Positions 27,781 through 44,563 of a stretch of 64,000 nt of DNA are shown one piece after another. The translations under genes and the position numbers were made by a program. The stretch's first letter is position 1; each line of letters starts with the position of its first letter. This stretch comes from Chrysomallon squamiferum (Eukaryota; Animalia; Mollusca), in the NCBI GenBank assembly GCA_012295275.1, contig CM022676.1, positions 186,001 to 250,000 of the forward strand, written 5' to 3'. A model generated the notes under the pieces. That model had not been told where the DNA came from, did not search any database, and saw only the letters and a list, made by a program, of their open reading frames with translations.

Positions 27781-29808
27781 ATTTGTATGTGTTTGTTTAT
27801 ATATGGCATGAACAAAACAAATGTAAGAAATTATAATGAGCATAATTATTATGCCATAAAAAAATTACCTAATTTTTATTGAAACACATTAATATACTTT
27901 TTCAGGAAATTCGTACTGTTAGTAATTATTATTCAGTCAAAAATGAGATCTATTGCAATTTAAATTCCTTAGTATAGACATTCAACAGTATTGTTTTATG
28001 ATAATAATACATATGTGTGTAATGTATTTGCGATATATTCTGGCATTGTGAGGTTATGCTATCAAGGTACCCCAACCTGGCTATGGCTATATTACTCTGA
28101 GGACAAATAAAAAAAATAATAATAATAATAAACAAAATAAAAATAAATAAAAATAATTTAAAATAATACACCAGTATTTAAAGCTGTTTCTAGTATCAAG
28201 CTATTCATGGCAGAAAAGCGCAAATGTAAGAATTATATCACTGACTTGAAAGATATACTAGTATACGGATTATACTACTACATATTTCATTACTTAAAAG
28301 GAATAAAATTACACTTCAACAGGAATTAAGACAGGAATTGTACCAGATTTCGTTGTTTCTTTTTAAAATCATTATCAGTAGTTTCTTAATTTTTTAATTC
28401 TGGTTTTTAATAAGAAATCATTAAATTTATACAGAGATAATGAAATGTGTCCATAAATGAAAAAGAATAAGTCATCTGTTTTCCGTGTGAAAGAATGAAG
28501 GAAACTAAAAATAATATACCATAATTACTATTATATTAAATATCTGGCAAAAAGTCTGAGCTAATCATAACAACAATTATCTCATTCTCGCTCTTTTTGC
28601 CCTGCTAATTTAGCCTAACCTAATCATTATCATTACTGATTCAGTTCTACTCTTTTATTAAACTTTCTTCATCAAAAAATATGTTTATTTAGTGTTTGTC
28701 ATATGAAGAAACAGACTCAGTATATTCTACATACTTGCAGATAAATGTTTTCTCTTTTGACTATAACGAAGTGTAAGAGTTAAAAAAATAAAAAATAAAA
28801 TATAAATAAATAAAAATATATCTGTCGCCGGTATATTTTGTAGTCACGTGGTATTCAGGTACAGGGTAGATTGATTTTCGTTTCTTTATTTTATTGTCAT
28901 ATTTTGTTATGATCGATAATAGATCGCCCAAAATAATAAATAATAATAATGTGGCAATGAAAGTAATTAATTAGACCGTATATTCGTAACAAAATGGTAG
29001 TTAGCAAATATTTTTGTATGTGTAGGAATGCACATAACAAAGACGTTAAGAAACCATGTTTATCATCATAAAGTACCATTGATGTTATTTTAAAAATGTA
29101 AAAATCAAAACACATGATAAATTGATTTAAAATGTAATTATTGTGGATCCACATTTGTAAATAATACTAATAATAATACTAATAATAAATAAATAAATAA
29201 AATTTATCTAAAAATGAAATTATCAATAAATTAAACTTTTAGAACCAAAGCAAATAAATAATGTACATTTCATATAAGTAAATAATAAACTTAGACAATG
29301 CTTTAGTTCACACGAATATATCATAAAGCTACTCATTTCATATTTTTCTTGTGTTCTCTTCATTTTGCCTTATTGATCGGTACGGACATTTTTGTGTAAT
29401 TGTTACTTTTCAAATTAAATAGCTGACACTATTGATTTCTCAATGAAAAAGAAAGCCAATTACTTCGACATCTGACGTGACATGTGACTTGATGTAATTT
29501 TACATCTAAAATAAAACAAAGATGAAATAACGATTATCAAGAAAATGTGCATTTTCAAAGGTTGATTTGAGGAATAAATCTGAAGGCAAGAAGGTTTATT
29601 TTTTATTTTTTTTTATTTTTTTAATTTTTATTTTTTTTTTTATTTTATTTTATTTTTTTTTTTATTAAGAAGTGATTTTTAAACGGTAATATCATATTAG
29701 TAAACAGGCAAGGATTTCGGAATTTCAGAATCCAATCAGTGACAATTAGTTTTTCACTAAGAAATAAATAATTAGTAATAAACACTACATTGCAAGAAAA
29801 ATAAATAT

Positions 29809-29920
<112 letters not shown>

Positions 29921-30964
29921 TTTATGTGTTTGTTTATATATGTGTGGCCAGCTAACCTACATGCACATCAAACAATGGCATGAACAAAACAAATGTAAGA
30001 AACTATAATGAGCATAATTATTATGCCATAAATAAATTACCTAATTTTTATTGAAACATTAATATACTTGTCCGATTCATAAAAATACATTTTTTCGATT
30101 TTTTAAAATGATTTTTTCTTACATACATATTTCTAAGACGTATTCGATTTTTCTTTTCCTTTTGTAAGTAAGTGTTTCTTGGATAAATGCGAGACCATTA
30201 AAATATAAGAACTCAGGTCATTATATAATTAGCTGCAAATATTTATTGTTTTTAAATTTTTGTGACACTGTATTTTTTTGAAAACTTTCACTGAAGAAAT
30301 TAGACACGTAATCTGTACGTGTAAATCGGTGGTATAGTTTATACTTTCTGTTCATAAAAATTAAGGATAATATCATTCACTTGATGATCAGTCCGCTTAT
30401 TTAAAGAGTCGGTCGCTTTAAACAGCTTCGGAAGGATTCCAATACATAAAAGTGATATATCGATGTTTTGAAAGAATGACAAATTTAGTCATTTCTTTAT
30501 TAACTTAACATCTTTGTCTTGAGTAGGAATCCGTTACTACTGACCAAGTTAAGTGTGTTCCATAGTTGTATGCACATTAAAAGTCGTACAGGCAGACACA
30601 TATATGCATATAGATGATATTTATGAATTAAGGGATTAGGAACATTTTCCTGATTTTAAAGGAATTCTGGTTTAAAGAGCGTTTGATTTTGTGTGTGTGT
30701 GTCTGTAATATCAAGATATTTGATATACCAGTCCTGTATCAATGATTCATGGGGAAAAAAATAAATACAATCAGGTCCACAGCGAAGAATGTCAAGTACA
30801 ATAAGACGAGTTAAATGCTTATCAAATATATTCACCGTTCATAATGCATTGCTTAATATTATATAATTGTTCAACCTATATTATAAAATGGGTCGTTTTT
30901 CATTAAAAAATTGATACTTACAACAAACTTTTATTAGAACTGCTAACATTATTCGGACAAAGTC

Positions 30965-31097
30965 TTGAGAGGAAACTCTCTACAGCTTGCCATTAGCAGC
31001 AAGAATTCTTTCTTATAATATAAAACTTCTTGAATAGACCAGAAATTGGCACTGGATGGGAAATAACCAGTGGGTACTCTAAAAAGGTTCGATTCTA
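30965..31097. mobile_element. Possible degenerate SINE fragment
   Basis: gagaggaaac...attagcagcaag...gcactggatgggaaata...ggttcgattc resembles, from memory only, an abundant gastropod SINE. Confidence 0.3.
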
Positions 31098-33059
31098 AAC
31101 AAGGTTATATAACTTTAGTTAATCAAGTTACTGAATGCGTCAACCAGAGTTTTTCGTTCTTTTTTTCTTTTGAAATAAGTTAAATGCGCGCTAACAGAAC
31201 CAACCGTCTGTGATATTTTACTGTGCGATGCTCAAATTGATTTTTTGTTAGTTTGTTGCATATATAAATTTATATACATATATAACTAGTGTTATACATA
31301 TCTGTAACAGAAGGAATTTCACTACTTGGAATGTGCATCTATGTTATCCGCTAGAAAAACAAAATGGATTGAGATTTCTTGCTAAAATAACTCACATAAA
31401 CAAACCGTTAACGTCAGAGAAAACAACCATTAAATTACTAAATCGCGATAGATTATAACAACACAGATACATAACTGATTTTATGGTGTGTTTATGGTTG
31501 CAAAAAAATAAGTAAATAAAAAAGTGAAAGAAAAAGAATAATAAAGAAAAATAAAAAAAAAGAGAAAAAAGAAAATAAAGTAAAATGAAAAAGAAAAAGA
31601 GAAAAAAAAGACATTTTCTCAGTTCTTGACAAGAAATAATTCCCATAAATCTCTTTATTAATTAAAACAAGTCTATTCATTATGAGTTGTTTACCATAAA
31701 CTATGTTTAATATTTGTTGTGGTATTGTATCGAATTTCCCAGCTCTGTTGAGTCAATTATAATTCAAAAGAGGCAAAAATTATTCACATAAAATGCAGAC
31801 ACTAAGTAATCTTTTCACTCGAACGCAGTAGTCCTTGATTTTCCTAAGGCGTAAAATTATTTCAAGTAAAAATAATTGTAAAGTCGTGTTTTAGTGTAAA
31901 ATTTTGAACATTATTTGTTAATAATTATAATAAAATTAAATTTATAGTCACATGTCATAGGAATATAAATTCATCGTACAAGTTTCTTAATTTCAGTTTA
32001 TTGTTACTGTTTATATTAACTGCAGAATAAACAGATTATGGGAATTACCTAACTGTAACAGCGCTGATCTTGAATTAGGGTAAATCTTGAAACTGTAGCG
32101 AACACGTTATTTTATCCTTTGCTGCCATCTTGCCTTTCTGCCCGACCATCATTTCCGCTGCTGTGATCGGTTATGTTGCTATGTGATAAGAACAGAAGAG
32201 CTTGTTACTTGTGTTTCTCAGGAGGACTAACTACTCATTCTAAATGTTGCAAATGGGCATCTTCTGTTTTCCTCAGTTTTGATGATTCTCACTTACTGCA
32301 TACAGCCAGACGACTAACATGCCAGTTCTAATAGCAGCCGTTTCATTCTGAATACAGGATAGGAATATGTACATTAAAAATACAAAAGCAGCAACTTTGT
32401 TGCCACTTCTTGCTATCATTTCTGGTTAGATATCTGCTTCAAACTGAATCAAAATTATTTGTCATATGGCTGGGATATGTCAGCTGTTGTTTTGCACTTT
32501 GACTGAGCAATTTAGGGAAGTGTTTAGATATGTTTTGGCGGTGTCTAGTAAGTAAAGTCATAACTAGCTGTTAAGGATTAAATAATATAGTAAACTTATT
32601 TATCTGAATACCTAGTAAAATGTCCTGTTTTATATCTGACAAAATAATTACGGTTGATAAAACAATATTAAAAAAAAATTAAAATAATATTAAAAGTGAA
32701 ATGTATAACCCAACCAATCTGCAAATACATGACAATAACAAAATAATAATAATAATAATAATAATAAGACAAATCAATAAAATGATAAACTTAAACAGAA
32801 TATTTCCATAAATAACATTAACTAAGATCATGTGAAAAAAAAGTTAAAACGAAAATGCACTTATCTGTAACTTAATGATTTCTTATCGTACAAATAAATT
32901 ATAAAGAATGAAATCCCTTGGATAATTTACACTATAAGTAATGATTAATTATCGCTGAATAATCGGGATCGAATATAAAAGAAAACTGAGTGTAATTTAT
33001 GTTCATATTAGTTTTTAAAAGCAAAATTCACTCGTTTGACACTATAAATCTCTCTAGAT

Positions 33060-33958
33060 CAGTGGTTCTCAACCTTTTTTTGCCAACGGCACACCTTGGA
33101 AAACATGAAAAAATAGCGACACACCTGGCTAAATATATATGAAAAATATTTGAATTTTGCAAAACAAAAAGATAGCAAGATTAGTCATAGACAGATAGAA
33201 TGACTCAAACTAAATAAAGAAAAACACAGTTATGAACTCACTTCATTGCAGTGTTTCGAATTTCATCAGTCAAATAGCTGGCTTCTTTAGTCAGAAATTT
33301 GTGCCTTGCTTTTATTCATAATTTCCTCAATGTCTAGTCGAATATCAGACAGAACACCCTCATTTCTTCTTCCGTTGTACGTGATCACTTGCACTGCTTG
33401 TTTTTGATATTGTTTAGTTTTGAGAAGCCTAATTGATATATATAAGAAGTTGAAAATTGTAATAAAATTGCTAAAGCTCTTTTACATATGGGATACTCCT
33501 CTTGAATTGAAATCCAGAATGAATCAATGGGAACAGTTGAATGTTTCAATTTTAAGGTCTCACTACAAAGGGTGGCCAATTCTTCTTCTTCCTGTAACTC
33601 AAGTTCAATGTTGAAAGAATGATTTATGAAAGGATCTTTAATCCAATCATGCTTTAATGACGGAAAGTAACTGTTGATGCTTTCGTCCAGGGCTGTCAGA
33701 TGAGTAAACACAATAGGGATCATTTCTCTAATGCAGGTAGAACGCAATAAAGAGACCATATCAAGATTGACAGAGATAGCTCTTTTTTTCCAAATCACTA
33801 TTTTCTTTTTGAGATAAACTAACTTGTTTGTTGAAGTGAGAATATTTTTGTTTTCACCTTGCATACTACTGTTTTGTTTTATTCTGGGATCACGTGGTTT
33901 TTCGCATTTTCTTAGTCTGCCGTTTAAAATTTCGCGGCACCCTTCTTGAGAATCACTG
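33060..33958 (-). mobile_element. Internally deleted hAT (Buster/Charlie-type) transposon
   Basis: TIRs CAGTGGTTCTCAA / TTGAGAATCACTG and 8-bp TSD ctctagat / ctgtagat. It carries the transposase C-terminal dimerisation region (FWISIQEEYPICKRALAILLQFSTSYIYQLGFS). Confidence 0.92.
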
Positions 33959-34980
33959 CTGTAGATTATAGCAGCAAAGAATAATAATAATAATTTAAAA
34001 ATATAAAAAAATAATAATAATAAATTCAAATATAATAAAATAAAAACAAGATAAAAAGGAATAAAACGTGATAAATACCGGACATGTAATGTGATTTATG
34101 ATGTAGATATAGATTAATATCTTTACACCGAAAATAACAATTACTTTATGCAGGAAGAAAAAAGGAAGAAAAAAGAGAAAAAAAAAGGAATTTTTATGTA
34201 ATGCAATTTCCTTAAATTATCACTAATAATATTGTTGTCGTTCGTTAACTTTCTTCTTCCGTCGTCTTTTTAGAGTAACATCGTCCTTTGACTTTGCTGC
34301 CTAATATACTTGACATTTGGTTATTTTGTCTAGAGAATAGATTTTGTTTTTTCTTATGACCCTAAATCTCTTTCATTAATGTTCACAATATCCTTTTAAT
34401 GATCCATTAAAAAATATAAATCTATAGAATTCTGTGAAAATTTCATGAAACAAACTGGGTTACATTAAACACCTTAATAAAAAAAAAAAAAAATAAGAAC
34501 AAATTAGTGATATATTTGAATTAGGTCATAAGAGCGCTGACATAAATTTTTTAAAGATTTACTAGTGTTGTTGTCGTTATTGTTGCTATTGTTATTGTTA
34601 TTTAATTATATTTTTCCCCTAAAGCATCGTTTTTATAATAATGTAGAGATATACAGATTGTGTCGTTTAATTTGTATTTGCTAGAAGTTTATTAATTGTT
34701 TGGAAAATACTCGACTCAAAAAACAAAAATCATAATAAATAACAAAAACAGCAATAACAATAATAATAATTTTTTATAATAATAATAACAACAACAACAA
34801 CAATAATTATAATAATAATAATAAACAATAAATAAATAATATTTTTTATAATACTGAATCAAGGGTTCGATTAAATGATCGATACCTATTACGTAAATTT
34901 CCTAAGTTAGGTTAGAAAATACGTATAATGCAGATATATTAATTTACCTAAAAGCTTAAATCTTTAAGGGATTAAATCAT

Positions 34981-35016
<36 letters not shown>

Positions 35017-35154
35017 AGAAAACTAAAAAGCACTCTTCCATTTAAAAAAAAAAATATGACTTTTTCTTATAGCAGCAGAAAAGAAATGTATTGTAAAATT
35101 CTTTAATAGTGAAGGAATGTTCAGATGACCCAGTCGCAGTGTAATGCCTGTCCC

Positions 35155-35831
35155 TTAAACAAACTGTTCTTCCTGCGTCAGAAGAAAAGGTGAGAAACAG
35201 AAAGGTTACTTTCCTAAATGCATTTGGCTAAGAAAAGACATGACTAAAATTTCCATTCAGTACCAGCTAGATCCAGAACTGCCACAACAGGACAACAAAA
35301 AAAAAAAACAACCTTATAAACAAATATTGCTGTAGATGTAGTTATGCAAAAAGTCATTTCTGATATGTGAAAGGAGGATATAGCGAAACATCAATAGAGC
35401 GCTAAACAGAATGAATACACATAGTTAAGATGCAAATCTCTCACAAGCCACCTTTTTACCATTTTTTCTTTGTACCTAGTTCTGAAAAAACAAACCCACT
35501 TCCTTTCATCTTTCACACCTATGAAGAGGCATCAATAAAATTGCCAGACCCATATTTGCTAGGGCCAGAACTGCCACATGTAAGGAAATTGTAATATGGA
35601 TATTATGAGTTAATTATACTACAGCCATAAAGCATAGCTGAAATACATAAGACAGAGGTGCGGGTGAAGAAAACGCTAATTATGAAACTGTTAGATATCA
35701 TAATAGCAGTTAAGTAACAATCTCCACAGAGATCTGTTTCAGTTTCAGTCAGTCACTTTCACACGAGACATCACTGTACTGATGGATTACGATTCGATCT
35801 TAGTGTGGTGAAAAAACACTTTCTGTTTGAT

Positions 35832-35877
<46 letters not shown>

Positions 35878-36405
35878 GAACAAACTTTTCTTCCTGCGTC
35901 AGAAGAAAAGGCGACAAACAGAAAGGTTGGTTTCTTAAATGCAGTTGGCTAAGAAAAGACATGAATAAAATGTCCAGACCCATACCAGCTAGAGCCAGAA
36001 CTGGCACAGGTAAGAAAATTGTATATTATAACGAGTCAATTATAGTAACAGCCATAAAGCATAGCTGACACTCCACAGAGATCTGTGTCAGATTCAGTCA
36101 ATCACTTTCACCTCAGACGTGGATGTACTGATGGTTTACGATTCGATGTCACTGGGGTCTAAAAATCCCATCTTTCTGAAATTTCCGTTAATACGGCTTA
36201 CTTGAAGAACATAACTTCTACTACTTTGAAAAAATCTTGCGTTAACTGAATTAATCTCTGGAACATGAGTCCGACACCGTTATCAGTAAGAGACACAAAA
36301 CATAGCTGAAATACACAGTAGAGATCTAGACAAGAGACAGAGGTGCGGGTGAAGAAACTGCTAGTTCTGAAACTGTTGGAAATCATGACAACAATTAAGT
36401 GACAA
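35155..36405 (+). repeat. Locally shuffled duplicated blocks (2-3 copies each)
   Basis: ttcttcctgcgtcagaagaaaagg at 35168/35889, gccagaactg.cac at 35564/35993, catagctga at 35633/36060/36301 and gacagaggtgcgggtgaagaaa at 35651/36336. Confidence 0.85.
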
Positions 36406-37084
36406 AAATCAAAAAGGAAAAGGAAAACTAAAGTTGCTGCAACTTTAATTGTCTCTGCAAATGAATGGCAGTTCGCTAACTTTAAGAAATCCAGTTATTA
36501 AAGAGTATTTTATCATTTTTGTTTCCATCGTGTTAAAGCCATAGACGCTCTCTTCTGTCATGCCTACGCGAAAAACAATTCTGAATTATAATTGGATGAA
36601 TAATATATCGACATTTATTGAAATGATAAATACAAAGAGACACGTGACTATTTAGTAGGCGGAGTTCATTTTAAAGTATTTTAAAGTAATAATAATAATG
36701 ATAAAGACGATCTGAATAATTTCGTTCTTAAATTCAGTCTTCTGTGGATATGGAAAGAACTTTCATTTTCTTCCGTGACAGTGAAATTGTAATACGTAAC
36801 ACAGTGTAGCAGGAATCTGTAAGTATTACAATGAAAAACTGCTATAAATGTGATTGAAAAGCTTATGTAGACTAAAGAATTTAATAAAAAAACAAAAAAC
36901 TTAATTTTTATAAAAGTAATAGAAAACGGTATTTATCATAAACGCGAACTGTTTTTTACATTGTTGTTGTTGAAGGCTTTTCGTTTATATTTAAATTCCG
37001 AGTATTTCTTACGTTTAAATCTTGCGACAATTAGTTTTCAGTGCAAAGATGAGCAGCAAGGAATATGATTGTGAAGCTATTTAC

Positions 37085-38620
<1,536 letters not shown>

Positions 38621-38640
38621 GGTGATTTTATTTGAATTTA

Positions 38641-38840
38641 NNNNNNNNNNNNNNNNNNNNNNNNNNNNNNNNNNNNNNNNNNNNNNNNNNNNNNNNNNNN
38701 NNNNNNNNNNNNNNNNNNNNNNNNNNNNNNNNNNNNNNNNNNNNNNNNNNNNNNNNNNNNNNNNNNNNNNNNNNNNNNNNNNNNNNNNNNNNNNNNNNNN
38801 NNNNNNNNNNNNNNNNNNNNNNNNNNNNNNNNNNNNNNNN
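38641..38840. other. Assembly gap (200 N)
   Basis: Run of exactly 200 n, probably a fixed-size scaffolding gap. Confidence 0.99.
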
Positions 38841-38931
38841 TGTTATTTTGTATCATTTTATTTATTGTCTGATTCATTTTTTATTTCTTTCTTTTATTAT
38901 TTTATTTTATTTATTTATTTATTTATTTATT

Positions 38932-38988
<57 letters not shown>

Positions 38989-38999
38989 CACTACTATTA

Positions 39000-39041
<42 letters not shown>

Positions 39042-40231
39042 TTAGTTTTGAAAATTCTATTTTGTTTCTTTTCTTATTATCATCATTACTGTTATCATTA
39101 TTATCACGGTTGGTTGTTGTTGTTGTGTTTGTATTTTATTATAATTATCATCATAATCATTTTTCTTATCGTCATCATCGCTGTTGATGTTATTATTAAT
39201 TTCATAATCTGCTTTATAAAACTTGTAATATTAACACAACGTAACTCATGTTTCTGCTAAGTTTAACCTAAAAACAATATTAGCTACACGTCTGAACAAA
39301 CTGTGGTGTGAGATCTCAATATTTTATAATTACCTTTTAGCCAGATTTTTTCTCGACGACAAAATTAAACAAACTCCGTGCGTATTCTTCTTGTAAATAT
39401 AATCATCTTCACGAGGATTTCTTTTTTTTTTAAACATTTGTAATTGGCAAGTGAAAGAAAAGCAACGAAAAGGAAGAAAAAGTAAAATGCCGATATATCA
39501 AAAGTGATAAAAAACACACAAAAGAAACAGAAAATCGTTAAACGTCGTGCAGCCAAAACAGCAGTTTGCTGTCGTCTGCAAGTCAGACGCTCGCTGACCT
39601 TTGACATTCTGTACAGAAGTGATCACAATGCTGAAAGACAAGTGCATGGAAGAATGGACAGATCGGCGGAGGAATGCATTATATAATAAAAGTTGGAGTG
39701 CAGATGCAAGCTTGCGTGCAAAATAACAAATAATAATATATACATTTTTAAAAATCACAAATATACCGAAAGAGGAAGGTGGACAAAGAAACAGAAATAA
39801 GGAAGGAAACTCAAGATGAAATTATTATTATTATTATTATTATTGTTATTATTATTATTATAAAATTTTTGCTTCCATGGTTTAACAAAATGCATAGTTA
39901 AACAATTAATGAAGAATACCCAATTTCCTCTGTTACCAAAAAAAAAAAAAAATTAAGGTACTGATTAAAAATTTAGTAGCTTCCATAACCAATTAATGCG
40001 CCATATATATATTCTTACATTCTTTTGTGACAATGTTCAGTTTTACTAATCGAGCATCAGCGACGTCATAAAAACGTAATCATATATACATACAGACACA
40101 CACACACATAGACATACAGACACACACATATACATATATACATACACACTAACTGACATTCACATAACACATACACGCACGCACACGCACGCACGGAGTT
40201 AAATCGAGAGAGAGACAGGGGTGGAGACAGC

Positions 40232-41220
<989 letters not shown>

Positions 41221-41938
41221 GAACGACAGACCGACACGTACTGACAAGACGTTTTAAACACTATTACTTTAGTTTTATATAACAGTAGAGTGATCCTTCA
41301 CTAACTACATTACGATTATGAATTATACATTTTAAATAAATAAGTAACACTAATAATAATAATAAAATAAATGGATTGAAATTTACTAAAATTTCCCCCT
41401 TATCATTACCCCTAAAAGAGGCGTTAAGAATAATAACAGTAGCGTGACGTCATTACTATGGTAAACTATAGATACACTATCAAAGCATGGAACAAGGTTT
41501 GAGAAAAAGAGGGGTAAGAAAGAAAAAGAAAAAAAAAAGAAAGAAAGAAAGGAAGGAAGGAAGGAAGGAAGAAGTAACGAAAACGGTAAATGATGAATAA
41601 AAGATTAAAAGAATAAAATGCTATCGGCTAAGGATTGAAGGACTGATAGAAGTAATAAACAAAAACGTAAAAAAAAATAATCAGAAATCGGAATAATGGG
41701 AGAGAGATTGGAGGAATTATACAAACAAAACAAAGAAAGTACATCACAAATAAAGCTGTAAAGAAGTTTTGAATGCTCTGAACAAGTAAGAAAGAAGGTC
41801 AGAAAGAAAGAAAGAAAGTTATTAATATATGAAAGAAAGTAAAAAAAACAAACAGTTATAACCATGTCTTCGGCTTTAACTGTTTCTATGTTAATAATTA
41901 CTTATTTTTAAAAAATCAATAGAAATTATCTAACTTAC

Positions 41939-42226
41939 AGTTCACAATTAATGTAACTTCCGGACTTCTGCCTGTTGCTATGGTATTCGTGGCGGAGCAG
42001 ACGTACTTTCCTCTGTCCGCGGCTTTCACGTCTGTGATTGTTAAAGACGGGTTGTCCGCACTCCTTCCGTTCAGGAAACGTCCTGAATTCCAGTCGATTG
42101 CAGCGCCATCTTTAGTCCAGTTAACTGCATAAGCAGTCGGCGTGGATTTCACGCTGCACTGCAGAGTTACCGTTCCTGCCTCTGTGACTGTGTATGACGT
42201 CACGTCTACCGTAACCTGGGGAGGAT
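41939..42226 (-). CDS. Nephrin/sidestep/hemicentin-like IgSF protein, exon 4 (I-set Ig domain)
   Basis: 288 nt, phase 1-1, AG acceptor and GTAAGT donor. YPPQVTV...VTLQCSV...WTKDG...SLTITDVKAADRGKYVCSATN. Confidence 0.93.
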
Positions 42227-42590
42227 CTGTCAATAATAATAATAATAATAACAACAACAACATCAACAAAAATATTAATAACAACATAACAACAACAGCA
42301 GCAGCAGCAACAACAACAACAAATAATAATACCGACTTTGCAAAATGAAATTAGAATAATAAGTATACTAATATGAATAATTTCAGAGCAATTAAATATA
42401 CAGTGTAAGAATATTTAACATCTTAAATTTAATAACAACAAAAAAATATTAACAAAAATATAATAGTAATATGAATAATAGCAATAATAATAATAATAAT
42501 ATTAGTACTAACATGAATAATATAATAATAATAATAACAACATGAATAATAATAATGATGATGATGATAATGATGATGATGATGACTCAC

Positions 42591-42887
42591 ACTGAACAAT
42601 AATTGTCTGTAACGCTGTTCTGGCGCTGTTTGGCAAGGCATGAGTCATGTCACAGTACAGGGTTTTGCCAATGTCGGAGGTGTTGAATGTGTGGTTGAGG
42701 GTGTTGACAACGTTGAAGGTGCCGTCAGTGTTACGCGTCTCGACTGACGTTCCTCTGTAGTAGTCGCTGTCGATCCGCCAGCTGACCCCGGCCACGGGAT
42801 TTGCCGAAGTGGCCTCGCATTTCAACGTCGCTTGCTGACCTGATACAACACTGGCTGATGACGTAATCGTCGGCCCAGTGGGTCTCA
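42591..42887 (-). CDS. IgSF protein, exon 3 (CD80-like C2-set Ig domain)
   Basis: 297 nt, phase 1-1, ttctag acceptor and GTGAGT donor. RPTGPTIT...ATLKCEATSANPVAGVSW...DIGKTLYCDMTH. Confidence 0.92.
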
Positions 42888-42905
42888 CTAGAAAGTAGAT
42901 AATTA

Positions 42906-42995
<90 letters not shown>

Positions 42996-43382
42996 GTAAT
43001 AATAATAATAATAGTAATAGTAATAACAATAATAGTAATAATAATAATAATAATAGTAATAATAATAATAAGTAATACTAAAAGCTGTTGTAGTAGTAGT
43101 AGTAAGAGTGTGTACCAATGGTAATGATAGTATTAGTAGCAGTTTTATTAGTGGTAACAGCTAATGTACAAGTAATAGTAATAGTGTAACAGTGTAGTAG
43201 TAACGTAGTACTCCAGTGATAGAAGTAATATAGAGTTACTGACAGACACACACACAGGCAGAGAGACAGACTGATACTTAGCAATAAAACAATAATAAGA
43301 ACACGTGCTAAACAAATGTGTATCCATTTCATTATTGCCTTCATTCATCCATTTACTCATTCATCTATTCATTGTTTCGTGA

Positions 43383-43614
43383 TTTTTCTGCATTAATTTC
43401 AGTACAAGTATTTTTCTGTATTAATTTCAGTACAAGTATTTTTCTGTATTAATTTCAGTACAAGTATTTTTCTGCATTAATTTCAGTACAAGTATTTTTC
43501 TGTATTAATTTCAGTACAAGTATTTTTCTGTATTAATTTCAGTACAAGTATTTTTCTGTATTAATTTCAGTACAAGTATTTTTCTGTATTAATTTCAGTA
43601 CAAGTATTTTTCTG
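43383..43614. repeat. 28-bp minisatellite, ~8 copies (intronic)
   Basis: tttttctg(t/c)attaatttcagtacaagta repeated. Confidence 0.95.
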
Positions 43615-43690
43615 TTGGCTAACGGCCTGCGTCGGGCGTCGATCCTGACTCCTACAAAAACGTCCTCGAGGCTGAACAAATATCACTTAC

Positions 43691-43993
43691 CGTAAACGAA
43701 AACGGCCCAGTCTGTGGAGGTCGTTTGTCCGTTGTAACTGGCAGTACAAGTGAATTTTATCGTCGGGTTTGTATTCATCGAGCGTGACGGCGTGAACGTT
43801 AACGTTTTCGACGCCAGCCAGATACCAGTACCTGGAATCTCCTCAGTTTTGTAAACACCGCCCTGGTCAACTCCTCCCTCGTCACTTCGGGACCACGAGA
43901 GAGTAGCATTTCCGCCGGAAACACGTTCCTCACATAAGATGGTTTGGCTTTCGCCTTCAACCAGAATCGGTCCACTTATGCTAGGAGTTTCCA
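43691..43993 (-). CDS. IgSF protein, exon 2 (C2-set-like Ig domain)
   Basis: 303 nt, phase 1-1, tttgcag acceptor and GTAAGT donor. ETPSISGPILVEGESQTILC...LSW...LTFTPSRSMN...FTCTASY. Confidence 0.9.
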
Positions 43994-44216
43994 CTGCAAA
44001 TGAAAATAAATTTAAAATAATTAAAAAACGATTAGGCACTATCTTTAAGTTAACATGGATATTTGCGTCTTTATTTTAAATGATTAAATACTTATTAACC
44101 AACCTAGGGAATCAGCGGAATAAATTAAGATAAATTAACACGTAAATAAACAGTGTAAGTCGATAAATAAATAAATAAACAACAAAGCGAGATATTCAGA
44201 AAAGATTTTCACTTAC

Positions 44217-44280
44217 ATGATAGGACTTGTATCACGGAACACATAATACAGATGGAGCTGATTACAGTTGAAGAATCCAT
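44217..44280 (-). CDS. IgSF protein, coding exon 1 (signal peptide; exon 44392-44217 including 5'UTR)
   Basis: MDSSTVISSICIMCSVIQVLS followed by a phase-1 GTAAGT. The upstream acceptor ttttctag at 44393 implies a further 5'UTR exon. Confidence 0.78.
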
Positions 44281-44563
44281 GACGTCACAGGAAAGAAGTC
44301 AATAAATAAAAATAATGTCTGACTTAGAAATCGCTCTGGACGGAATATGTTTAAAATCAGTTACCGCTTCCTTTTCACATTTCTTCTTTCGTCTAGAAAA
44401 ATAAAATAAATAAATACTGAATTGTTTGAAGTCATACACAACTATAGTGACTCAGATTGTAGACGGCCTTTTTCAGCTGAAATAACAATAGTGCGATATA
44501 TAAATAGAACGTACTGACAAATGCACACCCACCCTTCACCCATCCTTACCCGTATATTATAAA

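Noticed and set aside
33385-34029. 214-aa ORF as a host gene or active transposase
   Set aside because: It crosses the hAT terminus and contains only the transposase C-terminal part.
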